From: Acidimicrobiales bacterium
Lineage (GTDB): Bacteria > Actinomycetota > Acidimicrobiia > Acidimicrobiales > SZUA-35
NCBI GenBank assembly: GCA_028285495.1
Contig: JANQPB010000022.1
Location: 1,969 to 65,968 of the forward strand
DNA: 64,000 nucleotides
Direction of reading: 5' to 3'
Notes under the pieces: generated by a model
Seen by the model: the letters and a program-made list of their open reading frames with translations, nothing else
Databases searched by the model: none
Told to the model about the DNA's origin: nothing
Made by a program: the position numbers and the translations under genes
Part shown: positions 30,204 to 39,274 of the stretch, piece by piece
How the letters are laid out: each line of letters opens with the position of its first letter
Position numbering within the stretch: position 1 is the stretch's first letter

Positions 30204-32651
30204 GTGCAAGGCTGGGCCGCCATGGAGCGCAAGGCTGGAGAACTGTTCGTCGGCGAGCGGATCGAGACGGGCTCGGGCGACCGCACCGGCGAGCCCGTCC
30301 TGCTCGACTCGGGCGACTTCACCACCCACGGGGTGATCGTCGGCATGACCGGCTCGGGCAAGACCGGCCTCGGCGTCGTCCTGCTCGAGGAGGCGCTGCT
30401 GGCCGGCATCCCGGTGCTGGCCATCGACCCAAAGGGCGACCTCGGCAACCTGTGCCTGACGTTCCCCGACCTCGATGCCGCCAGCTTCGAGCCGTGGATG
30501 GATGCCGGCACCGCCAGGGTCGAGCAGACGACCACCGCCGACCTGGCCGCCTCGACCGCCGACCTGTGGCGCAACGGCCTGGCCTCGTGGGGGCTGGACG
30601 GCGGCGACGTCGGCGCCCTGCAGCGGGCGGCCGACCCGGTGATCTACACGCCCGGATCGGACGCCGGGGTGCCGGTCGACGTGCTCGGCCGGCTCAGCGT
30701 GCCCGCCACCGACGACCCGTCGGCCCGCCAGGACGAGGTCGACTCGACCGTGTCCGGCCTGCTCGGCCTCGTGGGGATCGACTCCGATCCCCTCTCGGGC
30801 CGGGAGCACATCCTGCTGGCCAACCTGATCGCCCGGTCGTGGGACGAGGGCAAGGACCTCGACCTGCCGACCCTGCTCGGCCAGATCCTCGACCCGCCAA
30901 TGCGCAAGCTCGGTGTGCTCGACCTCGACTCGTTCTTCCCCACCGGCGACCGCAACGCCCTCGTGATGAAGCTCAACGGCCTGCTGGCCTCGCCGTCGTT
31001 CGCAGCCTGGGCCGAGGGCGCCCCGCTCGACATCGAGCGGCTGCTCTACCACGACGACGGGCGGGCCAGGGCGGCGGTGATGTCGCTCGGCCATCTCGAG
31101 GAGTCGGAGCGGCAGTTCGCGGTCACCCTGATCCTGTCGAAGCTGATCTCGTGGATGCGGACCAAGCCCGGCACCGGCGAGCTGCGTGCGCTCGTCTACA
31201 TCGACGAGGTGATGGGCCTCGCCCCGCCGAACGGCAACCCGCCGCCCAAGAAGCCGATCCTGACCCTGCTCAAGCAGGCCAGGGCCTTCGGCGTCGGCCT
31301 CGTGCTGTCGACCCAGAACCCGGTCGACCTCGACTACAAGGCGATCTCCAACGCCGGCACGTGGCTGATCGGCCGGCTCCAGACCGAGCAGGACAAGAAC
31401 CGACTGGTCGACGGGCTGAAGGCGGCCGACGGCGGCGTCGACATCACGACCGTCAACGAGACGATCTCGGCCCTGGGCAAGCGCCAGTTCCTGCTGCGGA
31501 CCACCCGCTCGTCCGAGCTGCCGGTGCTGACCACCCGGTGGGCGATGAGCTACCTGGCCGGCCCGCTGACCCGCGACCAGATCGACCGGCTGATGGCCGA
31601 CGACCGGGCCGCACTGGTCGGCGGTGAGGCCGCAGGCGCCGCCGGCACCGGAGCCGGACCGGGCCAGCCGGCGGCGGCCGCCCCTGCCCCGGCCACCGGG
31701 CCCCGACTGGCCGACGACGAGTCGGCCGTCCATCCCCCGGTCCCCGACTCGCTCGCCGTCCGCTACGCCCGCCCCGCATCGCCCTGGCTGGTCGACCTCG
31801 ACGCCACACCGGGCGGCGACCGGCTGCGGCCGGCGCTGGCCGCCCGCGTCGGCCTGGTCTACGACGAGCGGGCCGCCGACCTCCGCCACACCGACGAGTG
31901 GGAGGCCATCATCCCCGTCGGGCCGGACGGGTTCGACGTCGACGCCGCCGTCCCGGTCGACTTCGACGACCGCGACTTCGCCACCGACGCCCCCGATGGT
32001 GCCGTCTACATCCTCCCGGCCGACGACATCACCGCCGGCGATCTCCGCAAGGTGCCATCGGCGATCAAGAACCGGCTGGTGGCCGACCAGACGCTCACCC
32101 TCCGACGCAACCGGGAGCTGAAGCTGTGGTCCCGCCCCGGCGAGACCCCCGAGGCGTTCGCCCTCCGCTGCCAGGCGGCGGCCGACGACGGGGCCGACGC
32201 CGACGCGGCCAAGATCCGCGACCGGCTGGAGTCGAAGCGGGACAAGCTCGAGGCGGCGCTGGCCAAGGCCGAGGACCGGGTGGCCGAGCTGGAGGTCCAG
32301 GCCGACGGCCGCAAGCAGCAGCAGTGGATCGACGTCGGCACGTCGATCCTCGGCGGCCTCCTCGGCGGGCGAGGCCGGAGCCGGGGCCTGGCCTCGGCGG
32401 CCAGGCGGGTGTCGTCCGGGCGTCGGCAGTCGGCATCGGCCGAGGCCAGGCTCGAGTCGGCCCAGAACCGGGCGGCGGAGAAGATCGACGACATCGAGGA
32501 GCTCGAGGTCGAGCTGCAGGAGGCCCTTATCGAGATCGACGACGAGTGGTCGGCCAAGGCCGAGGCGGTCGAGGACGTCGAGGTCCCGCTGGAGAAGTCC
32601 GACATCACGGTCGAGGACCCGGTCCTGGTCTGGCTCCCGATCGAGCGCTGA
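30204..32651 (+). CDS. HerA/FtsK-superfamily (DUF87/DUF853-like) P-loop ATPase with a long uncharacterised C-terminal half and coiled coil
   Basis: 815 aa. Walker A is GMTGSGKTG and Walker B ALVYIDEV. LVLSTQNPVDLDYKAISNAGTWLIGRLQTEQDK is typical of HerA-like C-terminal modules. The C-terminus has heptad-like KIRDRLESKRDKLEAALAKAEDRVAELEVQ. Confidence 0.75.
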   Translation: MQGWAAMERKAGELFVGERIETGSGDRTGEPVLLDSGDFTTHGVIVGMTGSGKTGLGVVLLEEALLAGIPVLAIDPKGDLGNLCLTFPDLDAASFEPWMDAGTARVEQTTTADLAASTADLWRNGLASWGLDGGDVGALQRAADPVIYTPGSDAGVPVDVLGRLSVPATDDPSARQDEVDSTVSGLLGLVGIDSDPLSGREHILLANLIARSWDEGKDLDLPTLLGQILDPPMRKLGVLDLDSFFPTGDRNALVMKLNGLLASPSFAAWAEGAPLDIERLLYHDDGRARAAVMSLGHLEESERQFAVTLILSKLISWMRTKPGTGELRALVYIDEVMGLAPPNGNPPPKKPILTLLKQARAFGVGLVLSTQNPVDLDYKAISNAGTWLIGRLQTEQDKNRLVDGLKAADGGVDITTVNETISALGKRQFLLRTTRSSELPVLTTRWAMSYLAGPLTRDQIDRLMADDRAALVGGEAAGAAGTGAGPGQPAAAAPAPATGPRLADDESAVHPPVPDSLAVRYARPASPWLVDLDATPGGDRLRPALAARVGLVYDERAADLRHTDEWEAIIPVGPDGFDVDAAVPVDFDDRDFATDAPDGAVYILPADDITAGDLRKVPSAIKNRLVADQTLTLRRNRELKLWSRPGETPEAFALRCQAAADDGADADAAKIRDRLESKRDKLEAALAKAEDRVAELEVQADGRKQQQWIDVGTSILGGLLGGRGRSRGLASAARRVSSGRRQSASAEARLESAQNRAAEKIDDIEELEVELQEALIEIDDEWSAKAEAVEDVEVPLEKSDITVEDPVLVWLPIER

Positions 32652-32654
32652 ACG

Positions 32655-33247
32655 ATGGCCGGCGGCGAGACCGATGACGCCGCCGGCGTCGCCGACGCCG
32701 CATCGCTCGAGATCGTCGATCCCGATGATCCCGGCGGGCACCAGGTCGAGGCGATCGGGCGGGCCTGCCGGTCCCTCGGGTTCTCCCGCATCCCGTTCCC
32801 ATCGACGGCGAGCCGCCGCCGGGCGCGCTGCGGGCCGGCGCCCACAGCGACGACGGCACCCTGACGATCCTGCGGACCGACGGCGTGCCCGGCCTCGAGG
32901 TGCACCGGCGGGACGGAACGTGGGCGCCGGTCGCCGACGAGCCAGACACCTTCGTCGTCAACCTCGGCGACTCGATCGCCCGGTTGACCAACGATCGCTG
33001 GCGCTCGACGGTCCACCGGGTGACGACCGTCGATCGCGGCCGGCGGCGGTCGCTGGCCTTCTTCCCCGTGGCCAACTGGGACGCCCGCATCGAGTGCCTG
33101 CCCACCTGCCCGGAGCCGGGCGAGTCGCCACGGCACGAGCCGGTGCTGGCCGGCCCGTGGCTGATGTCGAAGTTCCAGCGCAGCGTCGGCTCGAACGACG
33201 GGCCGGTTGGCGACCGGGCGAGGACGCCGCGGTGCTGGACCCGGTAG
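32655..33247 (+). pseudogene. Internally deleted, frameshifted remnant of a 2OG-Fe(II) oxygenase (isopenicillin-N-synthase-like family)
   Basis: N-terminal piece in phase 0: LEIVDPDDPGGHQVEAIGRACRSLGF. C-terminal piece in phase 2 (my translation upstream of ORF 32885): PIDGEPPPGALRAGAHSDDGTLTILRTDGVPGLEVHRRDGTWAPV...FVVNLGDSIARLTNDRWRSTVHRV. The two pieces total about 197 codons, against the roughly 300 or more I recall for this family. Confidence 0.65.
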
Positions 33248-33257
33248 TGTCTGGCCC

Positions 33258-34319
33258 GTGCACACGCCACGGGTCACCATGATCGGGGTCGGCCACCTGC
33301 TCGAGGTGATCTGGCCAATCGTCGATCGCAACATCGGCGGGCCCGATGCCGCCGAGCGGTTCGTCGGCGTCACCGCGGACGCCGCCGACGTGGCCCGCAA
33401 GCGCGACGTCTTCGGCTTCGAGATCGTGCTCGACGACAACCTCGGTGCGCTGCGCCGCAACCGCCCCGATCTCGTGCTCTTCGCCCCGCCGCCGACGGTG
33501 GCGCCGGAGCTGATCCGGTCGGTCCTGGCCCCGTACGTGGCCGAGCGCCGGGCCGACGGAGGCCCCCTGCCGGTCGTCTACGCCTTCCCGCCGGTGCCGG
33601 CCGGATCGGCCTACCTCGAGGCCATCGGGACCGACGTGCTCGTGGCCAACATCATCCCGAACAACGTCACGACGATCGGCGGCGTACCCGTCGACGACGA
33701 GGGCTTCTACGTCTGCACCTTCCCGGCCCCGTGGCCGGCCGAGCACCGTGACCTGCTCCGGTCGGTGTTCGACGGCCAGGGAGCGCAGGTCGAGCTGGAG
33801 CCCCATCAGCTGATCCCGATGCTGGGCGGGGCGGCGACCGTCTCGGCCCTCTGGTACGCCATCCCGGCGATCGCCGACCTGTCCGGCGCCGACCACAACC
33901 AGGTCGGTCGGTTTCTGCGGGCCCACCTCGACCCGAGCGTCGGGCCGGCCGCGGCGCCACCGGGGGCCGGCGCGCTGGCCGGCCTGATCGAGGGCTGGCG
34001 CGACGGCGTGGCCCGCTACCAGGGCGAGACCGACATCGACCCCGCAGCGGCCGATGTCCTGCGGACACGGGGCCTCGACCTCACGCTGCACACCGCAGCG
34101 GTCGAGCCCCGTGGCGTCCTGCACGGCCACGCGGTCGGCGCGGCGACGAAGGGCGGGGTGCTCGAGCTGGCGATCACGCGAACCGGCGAGCACCTGTTGC
34201 CCGCGGTGGAGACGGCGCTCGGCCGTCAGGCCGACCCGGCGTGGCCAGGGCGGGTCGCCGGCCTCGTGGCCGAGACCTGCCGAGCGGTCCGGGATCACGG
34301 TCGGACCCTGGCCGGCTGA
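33258..34319 (+). CDS. NAD(P)-binding Rossmann protein, pyrroline-5-carboxylate reductase-like (tentative)
   Basis: This is the real part of ORF 33207..34319. GTG 33258 gives VHTPRVTMIGVGHLLEVIWP, Rossmann-like. The overall layout resembles ProC/F420-type NADP oxidoreductases but is divergent. Confidence 0.5.
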   Translation: MHTPRVTMIGVGHLLEVIWPIVDRNIGGPDAAERFVGVTADAADVARKRDVFGFEIVLDDNLGALRRNRPDLVLFAPPPTVAPELIRSVLAPYVAERRADGGPLPVVYAFPPVPAGSAYLEAIGTDVLVANIIPNNVTTIGGVPVDDEGFYVCTFPAPWPAEHRDLLRSVFDGQGAQVELEPHQLIPMLGGAATVSALWYAIPAIADLSGADHNQVGRFLRAHLDPSVGPAAAPPGAGALAGLIEGWRDGVARYQGETDIDPAAADVLRTRGLDLTLHTAAVEPRGVLHGHAVGAATKGGVLELAITRTGEHLLPAVETALGRQADPAWPGRVAGLVAETCRAVRDHGRTLAG

Positions 34320-34401
34320 CCGGACGCCGCCGGGCGGTCAGCCGGTCCTGGCCGGCACCGGCGTTCGGCGGTCGGCGGTCAGCGGTCGGCGAGGGCGGGC
34401 C

Positions 34402-35388
34402 CTACGAACCGGTGGGGGCGAGGTCCCGGATCGCCTGCATCGGGTCGACGCCGGCGAAGCCCATGACCGACAACGCCGGCGTGTCGACCCCGGCCTCGAC
34501 GTAGCGGGCGATGTGCTCCCGGCAGGCTTCGGGGGCGCCGTGGATGATCAGCTCGTCGACGACGTGGTCGGGGATGACGTCGAGCGCCTTCTTGCGATCC
34601 CCCTCGCCCCACGCCGCCCACATCGGCCCCAGATCCTCGGAGCGGCCGATCCACTCGTGGAAGGCCCGGTAGACCGGCACGTTCAGATAGGCGGCGATCG
34701 CCCGCTTGGCCTGGGCCCTGACCGTGTCGGCATCGGTGCTCGGGCACACGAAGATCCGGGCCACGATCTCCCGGGGCTCGCCGTCGGCGGCCCCGTGCAC
34801 GATCGGGGCGACGGTTCGGACGTCGTCGGCTGACAGCCAGTTGATGATGGCCCCGTCGCCCTCCCGACCGGCCATCCGGAGCATGCCCTCCCGCAGTGCG
34901 GCGACGAGGATCGGGGGCTGCTGCTCGGGAACCACCCCACAGCGGAAGCCGTTGACGGCGAAGGTGGCGTACTCCTCGGTCACCTTCTCGCCGGTCAGGG
35001 CCGCCTTGAGGAAGCGGACCATGTCGCGGGTCTGCTTGTACGGCTCGGCGAACGGGATGCCGTTCCAGCGCTCGACGATCACGTTCGACGACGCCCCGAT
35101 GCCCATGGCGAAGCGGCCGGGGGCGGCGTCGGCCAGGGCGGCCGCGCTCTGGGCCAGCAGCGCCGGCCCCCTGGTGTAGGCGGGCAGGATGGCAACGCCG
35201 AGCCGCAGCTCGGGAGCCCAGGCCGCGGCCAGCGCCAACGGGGTCAGGCCGTCGCTGCCGTCGGCCTCGGCGGTCCACACGTCGGTGTAGCCGAGGTCGA
35301 CCAGCTCCCGGAAGACGTCTCGGTGCTGGTGGAGTCGCCGACCGGCGACGGGGACGGTCATGCCGTAGGCGTTGGTCGATCGGGCCAT
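34402..35388 (-). CDS. LLM-class (luciferase-like) F420/flavin-dependent oxidoreductase
   Basis: This is the real part of ORF 34402..35760, from MARSTNAYGMTVPVAG (residue 125). TAEADGSDGLTPLA, RFAMGIGASS and the C-terminal VDELIIHGAPEACREHIARYVEAGVDTP fit the family. Confidence 0.85.
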   Translation of the reverse strand: MARSTNAYGMTVPVAGRRLHQHRDVFRELVDLGYTDVWTAEADGSDGLTPLALAAAWAPELRLGVAILPAYTRGPALLAQSAAALADAAPGRFAMGIGASSNVIVERWNGIPFAEPYKQTRDMVRFLKAALTGEKVTEEYATFAVNGFRCGVVPEQQPPILVAALREGMLRMAGREGDGAIINWLSADDVRTVAPIVHGAADGEPREIVARIFVCPSTDADTVRAQAKRAIAAYLNVPVYRAFHEWIGRSEDLGPMWAAWGEGDRKKALDVIPDHVVDELIIHGAPEACREHIARYVEAGVDTPALSVMGFAGVDPMQAIRDLAPTGS

Positions 35389-35557
35389 GGCCGCACGGTA
35401 GTCGGCCGCCGGTGCGGGGCGCCCGGTGGCTCCGGTCGACGGCGGCGCCCCGATTCGTTCCGATCGGGTGTCCGGACCGGCGTCGCCCGTTCGTCGAGTG
35501 GTCGTGGAGGGGGACGACCGGTCCCGCCCGAACACCGACAACGAGCAGGAGACGATC

Positions 35558-35875
35558 ATGACCAAGTACGTGTTGAGCTTCCACGGCGGCGACGCCGAGA
35601 TCCCGACCGACCCGGCGGAGGTCGAGCAGTTGATGGCGGCGTGGGGCGCCTGGTTCGGACAACTGGGCGATGCCGTCGTCGACGGCGGGAACCCGATCGG
35701 TGCGGCCAGCACCATCGCCCCGGACGGCTCGGTCACCGACGGCCAGCGGGTGAGCCTCACCGGCTACAGCATCCTGGAGGCGGCCAGCCTCGACGACGCG
35801 GTGGCGATGGCCAAGGGGTGTCCGGTGCTGTCCGGCGGCGGCTCGGTCCAGGTCGGCGAGGCCATCGAGATGTAG
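35558..35875 (+). CDS. YCII-related family protein
   Basis: AGGAG lies 7 nt before the ATG at 35558. The product is MTKYVLSFHGGD...LTGYSILEAASLDDAVAMAKGCPVLSGGGSVQVGEAIEM. Confidence 0.7.
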   Translation: MTKYVLSFHGGDAEIPTDPAEVEQLMAAWGAWFGQLGDAVVDGGNPIGAASTIAPDGSVTDGQRVSLTGYSILEAASLDDAVAMAKGCPVLSGGGSVQVGEAIEM

Positions 35876-35922
35876 CCCGCCGCCATCGACCGACGCCGCC
35901 CGCACGGCGCGGTCGGGAGAGG

Positions 35923-35958
35923 GTGGCGCCGGCCGACCGCCGATGCGGCCGGCGCCAC
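35923..35958. terminator. Strong bidirectional hairpin between convergent genes
   Basis: gtggcgccggccg (35923-35935) pairs with cggccggcgccac (35946-35958), a 13-bp stem with a 10-nt loop. Confidence 0.6.
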
Positions 35959-36106
35959 CAGAGCCGGGGAGCGGGGGAAGCTGGGCCCCGGCTCGTTGCT
36001 GTTCATCATCTCCCGGTGAGAGGAACGGTGACATCGGGGGAACCCCCCACTGTCGCCTGGGGTCCCCCGATCCGCCGGCCTCGGTCGGCGGCCTCGGTCG
36101 GCGGCC

Positions 36107-37663
36107 TCAGTCGGCGGCCCGGTCGGGGTCCTCGCCACCGATGGCCGACGAGGTCCGCAGCGGGGCTTCGCGCACGAAGAGCCCGAAGAGCAGGACCAGG
36201 CTCATCACCGGGACCGACCACCAGACCAGCGCAACCACCGACTCGCTGACCGCCTCGACGGCGGCCGCCTGCAACTCGTCCGGCAGGTCCCGAACCACAG
36301 CCGGGCTGCGGATCAGGCCGGCCGCCCCGTCGAGGTCGTCGAGGCGCTCGGGGCCGAGTCGGTCGAGCAGTCGATCGTCGAGCTGGGTGGTCATCACCGC
36401 CCCGCCGACCGCCGCCCCGAAGGCCCCGCCCATGCTGCGGAAGAAGTTGGAGGTCGACGTGGCGATCCCGAGATCCTCGAACCGGGAGGCGTTCTGCACG
36501 GTGAGGGTGAGATTGGGGAAGATCAGCCCGAGCCCGAAGCCGAACAGGGTGAGGGGCGGCGCCAGCTCCAGGGCCCCGGTGTCGGGCCCGATGGTGGTGA
36601 GCAGGACGAGCGCGACGACCGTGAGGGCCGGGCCGACGAGCAGCGTCCACTTGTAGCGACCGGTGCGCGACACCAGCCAGCCGCTGGCGGCGGCGATGGC
36701 CGAGATCCCGACGCTCTGGGGGGTCAGCAACAGCCCGCTGCGGGTGGCGGAGGCCCCGGTCGAGACCTGCAGGAAGAGCGGCAGGAACGTCGACACCGAG
36801 ATCAGGGCCGCCATCAGCAGGAACCCCATGGCGAAGATGAGTGCGACCGAGCGGTCGGCGAACAGGTGGAGCGGGATGATCGGCTCGACCGCCCGACGCT
36901 CCTGGGCCAGGAACAGCACCGATCCGCCGACCCCGATCGCGGCGGTGGCCAGGAGCGGGGCGGAGGTCCAGGCGTACGTCTCGCCTCCCCAGATCGGCAC
37001 GAGGATCAGTCCGGTCGAGGCGACGACCAGGAGGACGATGCCGAGCCAGTCGATGCGGGGCTCGCGGGTGGCGAAGGGGAGGCGCAGGCCTCGATTGGTG
37101 ACGACGAGGGCGGCCAGGCCGATGGGGACGACCGTCCAGAACACCCAGCGCCAGCCGGGCCCGTCGACGAGGAGGCCACCCCAGACCGGGCCGGTCACCG
37201 CCGACACGGTGAACACCGCGGTGAACAGGCCGATGTAGCGGCCACGCTCGCGGGGCGACACGACGTCGCCGACGATCACGAACGCCAGCGACAGCAGCCC
37301 GCCGCCGCCGAGGCCCTGGACGGCGCGAGCGGCCACCAGCTGGTTCATCGTCTGGGCCAGCGCGCACAGCACCGAGCCGACGAGGAACACCGCGATGGCG
37401 GTCTGGTAGACGATGCGGCGGCCGTAGAGGTCCGACATCTTCCCGTAGAGCGGGGTGACGATCGTCGACGTGAGGAGGTAGGCGGAGACGACCCAGGCCA
37501 GGCGATTGGCACCGCCGAGCTCGCCCGCCATCGTCGGCAGGGCCGTTGCGACGATGCTCTGCTCGGCCGAGGACAGGAACAGCCCGACCATGAGGCCGGC
37601 CATCAACCACCGGAGCTGGTCCGGCCGCAGCCCGGTCCCGGTCCGGGGCTCGCTCGCCACCAT
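36107..37663 (-). CDS. MFS transporter, DHA2 (EmrB/QacA, 14-TMS) family
   Basis: These are the C-terminal 518 aa of listed ORF 36107..39526, starting MVASEPRTGTGLRPDQLRWLMAGLMVGLFL. LYGKMSDLYGRR and multiple TM segments are present. Confidence 0.88.
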   Translation of the reverse strand: MVASEPRTGTGLRPDQLRWLMAGLMVGLFLSSAEQSIVATALPTMAGELGGANRLAWVVSAYLLTSTIVTPLYGKMSDLYGRRIVYQTAIAVFLVGSVLCALAQTMNQLVAARAVQGLGGGGLLSLAFVIVGDVVSPRERGRYIGLFTAVFTVSAVTGPVWGGLLVDGPGWRWVFWTVVPIGLAALVVTNRGLRLPFATREPRIDWLGIVLLVVASTGLILVPIWGGETYAWTSAPLLATAAIGVGGSVLFLAQERRAVEPIIPLHLFADRSVALIFAMGFLLMAALISVSTFLPLFLQVSTGASATRSGLLLTPQSVGISAIAAASGWLVSRTGRYKWTLLVGPALTVVALVLLTTIGPDTGALELAPPLTLFGFGLGLIFPNLTLTVQNASRFEDLGIATSTSNFFRSMGGAFGAAVGGAVMTTQLDDRLLDRLGPERLDDLDGAAGLIRSPAVVRDLPDELQAAAVEAVSESVVALVWWSVPVMSLVLLFGLFVREAPLRTSSAIGGEDPDRAAD

Positions 37664-37781
37664 TCGGCTCAACCTAACCCCCGCCGGGCGGCGGGGCGAC
37701 TCGACGGTGGGAATCGATGGGAATACCTCTGGCCGAGCGGGTGTTTTCTTGAGTGTCACACCCCGTCTGGATACTGGAACC

Positions 37782-38012
37782 ATGGCAAGCGCACAGCTCA
37801 CCCTCATCGACACCGATCGGCCGTGGAAGCTCGACCATCGCACGGTCGAGATCGGCCGGGCCGGCCTGGCCCAGGCCAGGGCTGCCCTCGCTGCGGCCTC
37901 GAAGCCCGAGCCGACGGCGGAAGAGATCCTGCTCGGCGGCGGCGACCACACCGACCACCACACCGATCGCCACGACGACCACCACGACGACAGCCACCAG
38001 CTCGCGGCCTGA
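37782..38012 (+). CDS. Small hypothetical protein with a His/Asp-rich C-terminal tail
   Basis: 76 aa: MASAQLTLIDTDRPWKLDHRTVEIGRAGLAQARAALAAASKPEPTAEEILLGGGDHTDHHTDRHDDHHDDSHQLAA. It is preceded by a locally AT-richer stretch with TTGAGT (37749) and GATACT (37770). Confidence 0.5.
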   Translation: MASAQLTLIDTDRPWKLDHRTVEIGRAGLAQARAALAAASKPEPTAEEILLGGGDHTDHHTDRHDDHHDDSHQLAA

Positions 38013-38092
38013 GCGGCCGAGTGGTCCGCCGTCGGTCGTGGTCTCCGATGCTCGACATGCGTCGGTCGCTCGCCCTCCCGTAGGCTCGCACC

Positions 38093-39274
38093 ATGCCTGA
38101 AGTCGTGATCGTCGATGCCGTCCGCTCCCCCATCGGTCGCCGAAACGGTGGCCTGTCCGGCCTCCATCCCGCCGAGCTGCTGTCGATGGTGCAGCGCGAG
38201 CTGATCGACCGCACCGGGATCGACCCCGCCTCGGTCGGCCAGGTCGTCACCGGCTGCGTGAGCCAGGTTGGCGAGCAGTCCTACAACGTCGGCCGCACGG
38301 CCTGGCTCGCCGCCGGGCTCCCGCTCGAGGTCCCGGCCACCACGGTCGACACCCAGTGCGGTTCGTCGCAACAGGCCACCAACCTCGGCACGGCGCTGGT
38401 CCAGGCCGGCGTCGTCGACGTCGCCGTCGCCTGCGGCGTCGAGGTGATGAGCCGGATCCCGATCGGCTCCAACTCGTCCAAGAAGCTGGGTCTCGGCATC
38501 CCGATCCCGAAGCCGTACTTCGACGAGTACGAGATGACGAGCCAATTCGAGGGGGCCGAGCGCATCGCCGACAAGTGGGGCATCACCCGCGACGACGCCG
38601 ACCAGTTCGGCCTCCGCTCCCAGACGCTGGCCGCCCAGGCCTGGGCCGAGGAGCGCTTCGCCACCCAGGTGCTGCCGATCGACGCCCCCGTCCTCGACGA
38701 CGAGGGCAAGCCGACCGGCGACACCAAGCGCATCGAGCGCGACGAGGGCCTGCGTGACACCACGATCGAGGCGCTGGCCGGGCTCAAGCCGGTGGCCCGT
38801 GAGAACGGCGTGCACACGGCAGGCTCGTCCTCGCAGATCTCCGACGGCGCCTCGGCGGTGCTGCTCATGACCGCCGAGAAGGCGGCCGAGCTCGGCATGA
38901 CGCCGAAGGCCCGCATCGTCGACACGTGCCTGGTCGGGGTCGATCCGGTCCTGATGCTGACCGGCCCGATCGACGCCACCCGCCACCTGTTCGAGCGCAC
39001 CGGCATGACGATGGGTGACCTGGACCTCGTCGAGATCAACGAGGCCTTCGCCTCCGTTGCCCTGGCCTGGGCCCGCGAGCTCGACGCCCCGATGGATATC
39101 GTCAACCCGAACGGTGGCGCCATCGCACTGGGCCACCCCCTCGGAGGCACCGGCGCCTTCCTGATGACCAAGGCGGTGCACGAGCTGGAGCGATCCGATT
39201 CCTCGACCGCCCTGATCACGATGTGCTGTGGCGGTGGCCTGGGAACCGGAACGATCATCGAACGACTCTCGTAG
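38093..39274 (+). CDS. Acetyl-CoA C-acyltransferase (thiolase)
   Basis: 393 aa starting MPEVVIVDAVRSPIGRRNG. Active-site motifs are VDTQCGSSQQA, NPNGGAIALGHPLGGTG and CCGGGLGTG. Confidence 0.92.
   Translation: MPEVVIVDAVRSPIGRRNGGLSGLHPAELLSMVQRELIDRTGIDPASVGQVVTGCVSQVGEQSYNVGRTAWLAAGLPLEVPATTVDTQCGSSQQATNLGTALVQAGVVDVAVACGVEVMSRIPIGSNSSKKLGLGIPIPKPYFDEYEMTSQFEGAERIADKWGITRDDADQFGLRSQTLAAQAWAEERFATQVLPIDAPVLDDEGKPTGDTKRIERDEGLRDTTIEALAGLKPVARENGVHTAGSSSQISDGASAVLLMTAEKAAELGMTPKARIVDTCLVGVDPVLMLTGPIDATRHLFERTGMTMGDLDLVEINEAFASVALAWARELDAPMDIVNPNGGAIALGHPLGGTGAFLMTKAVHELERSDSSTALITMCCGGGLGTGTIIERLS

Noticed and set aside
30168-32741. 857-aa minus-strand ORF
   Set aside because: It is antisense to the HerA-like ATPase, which has Walker A/B motifs. 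It shows shadow composition.
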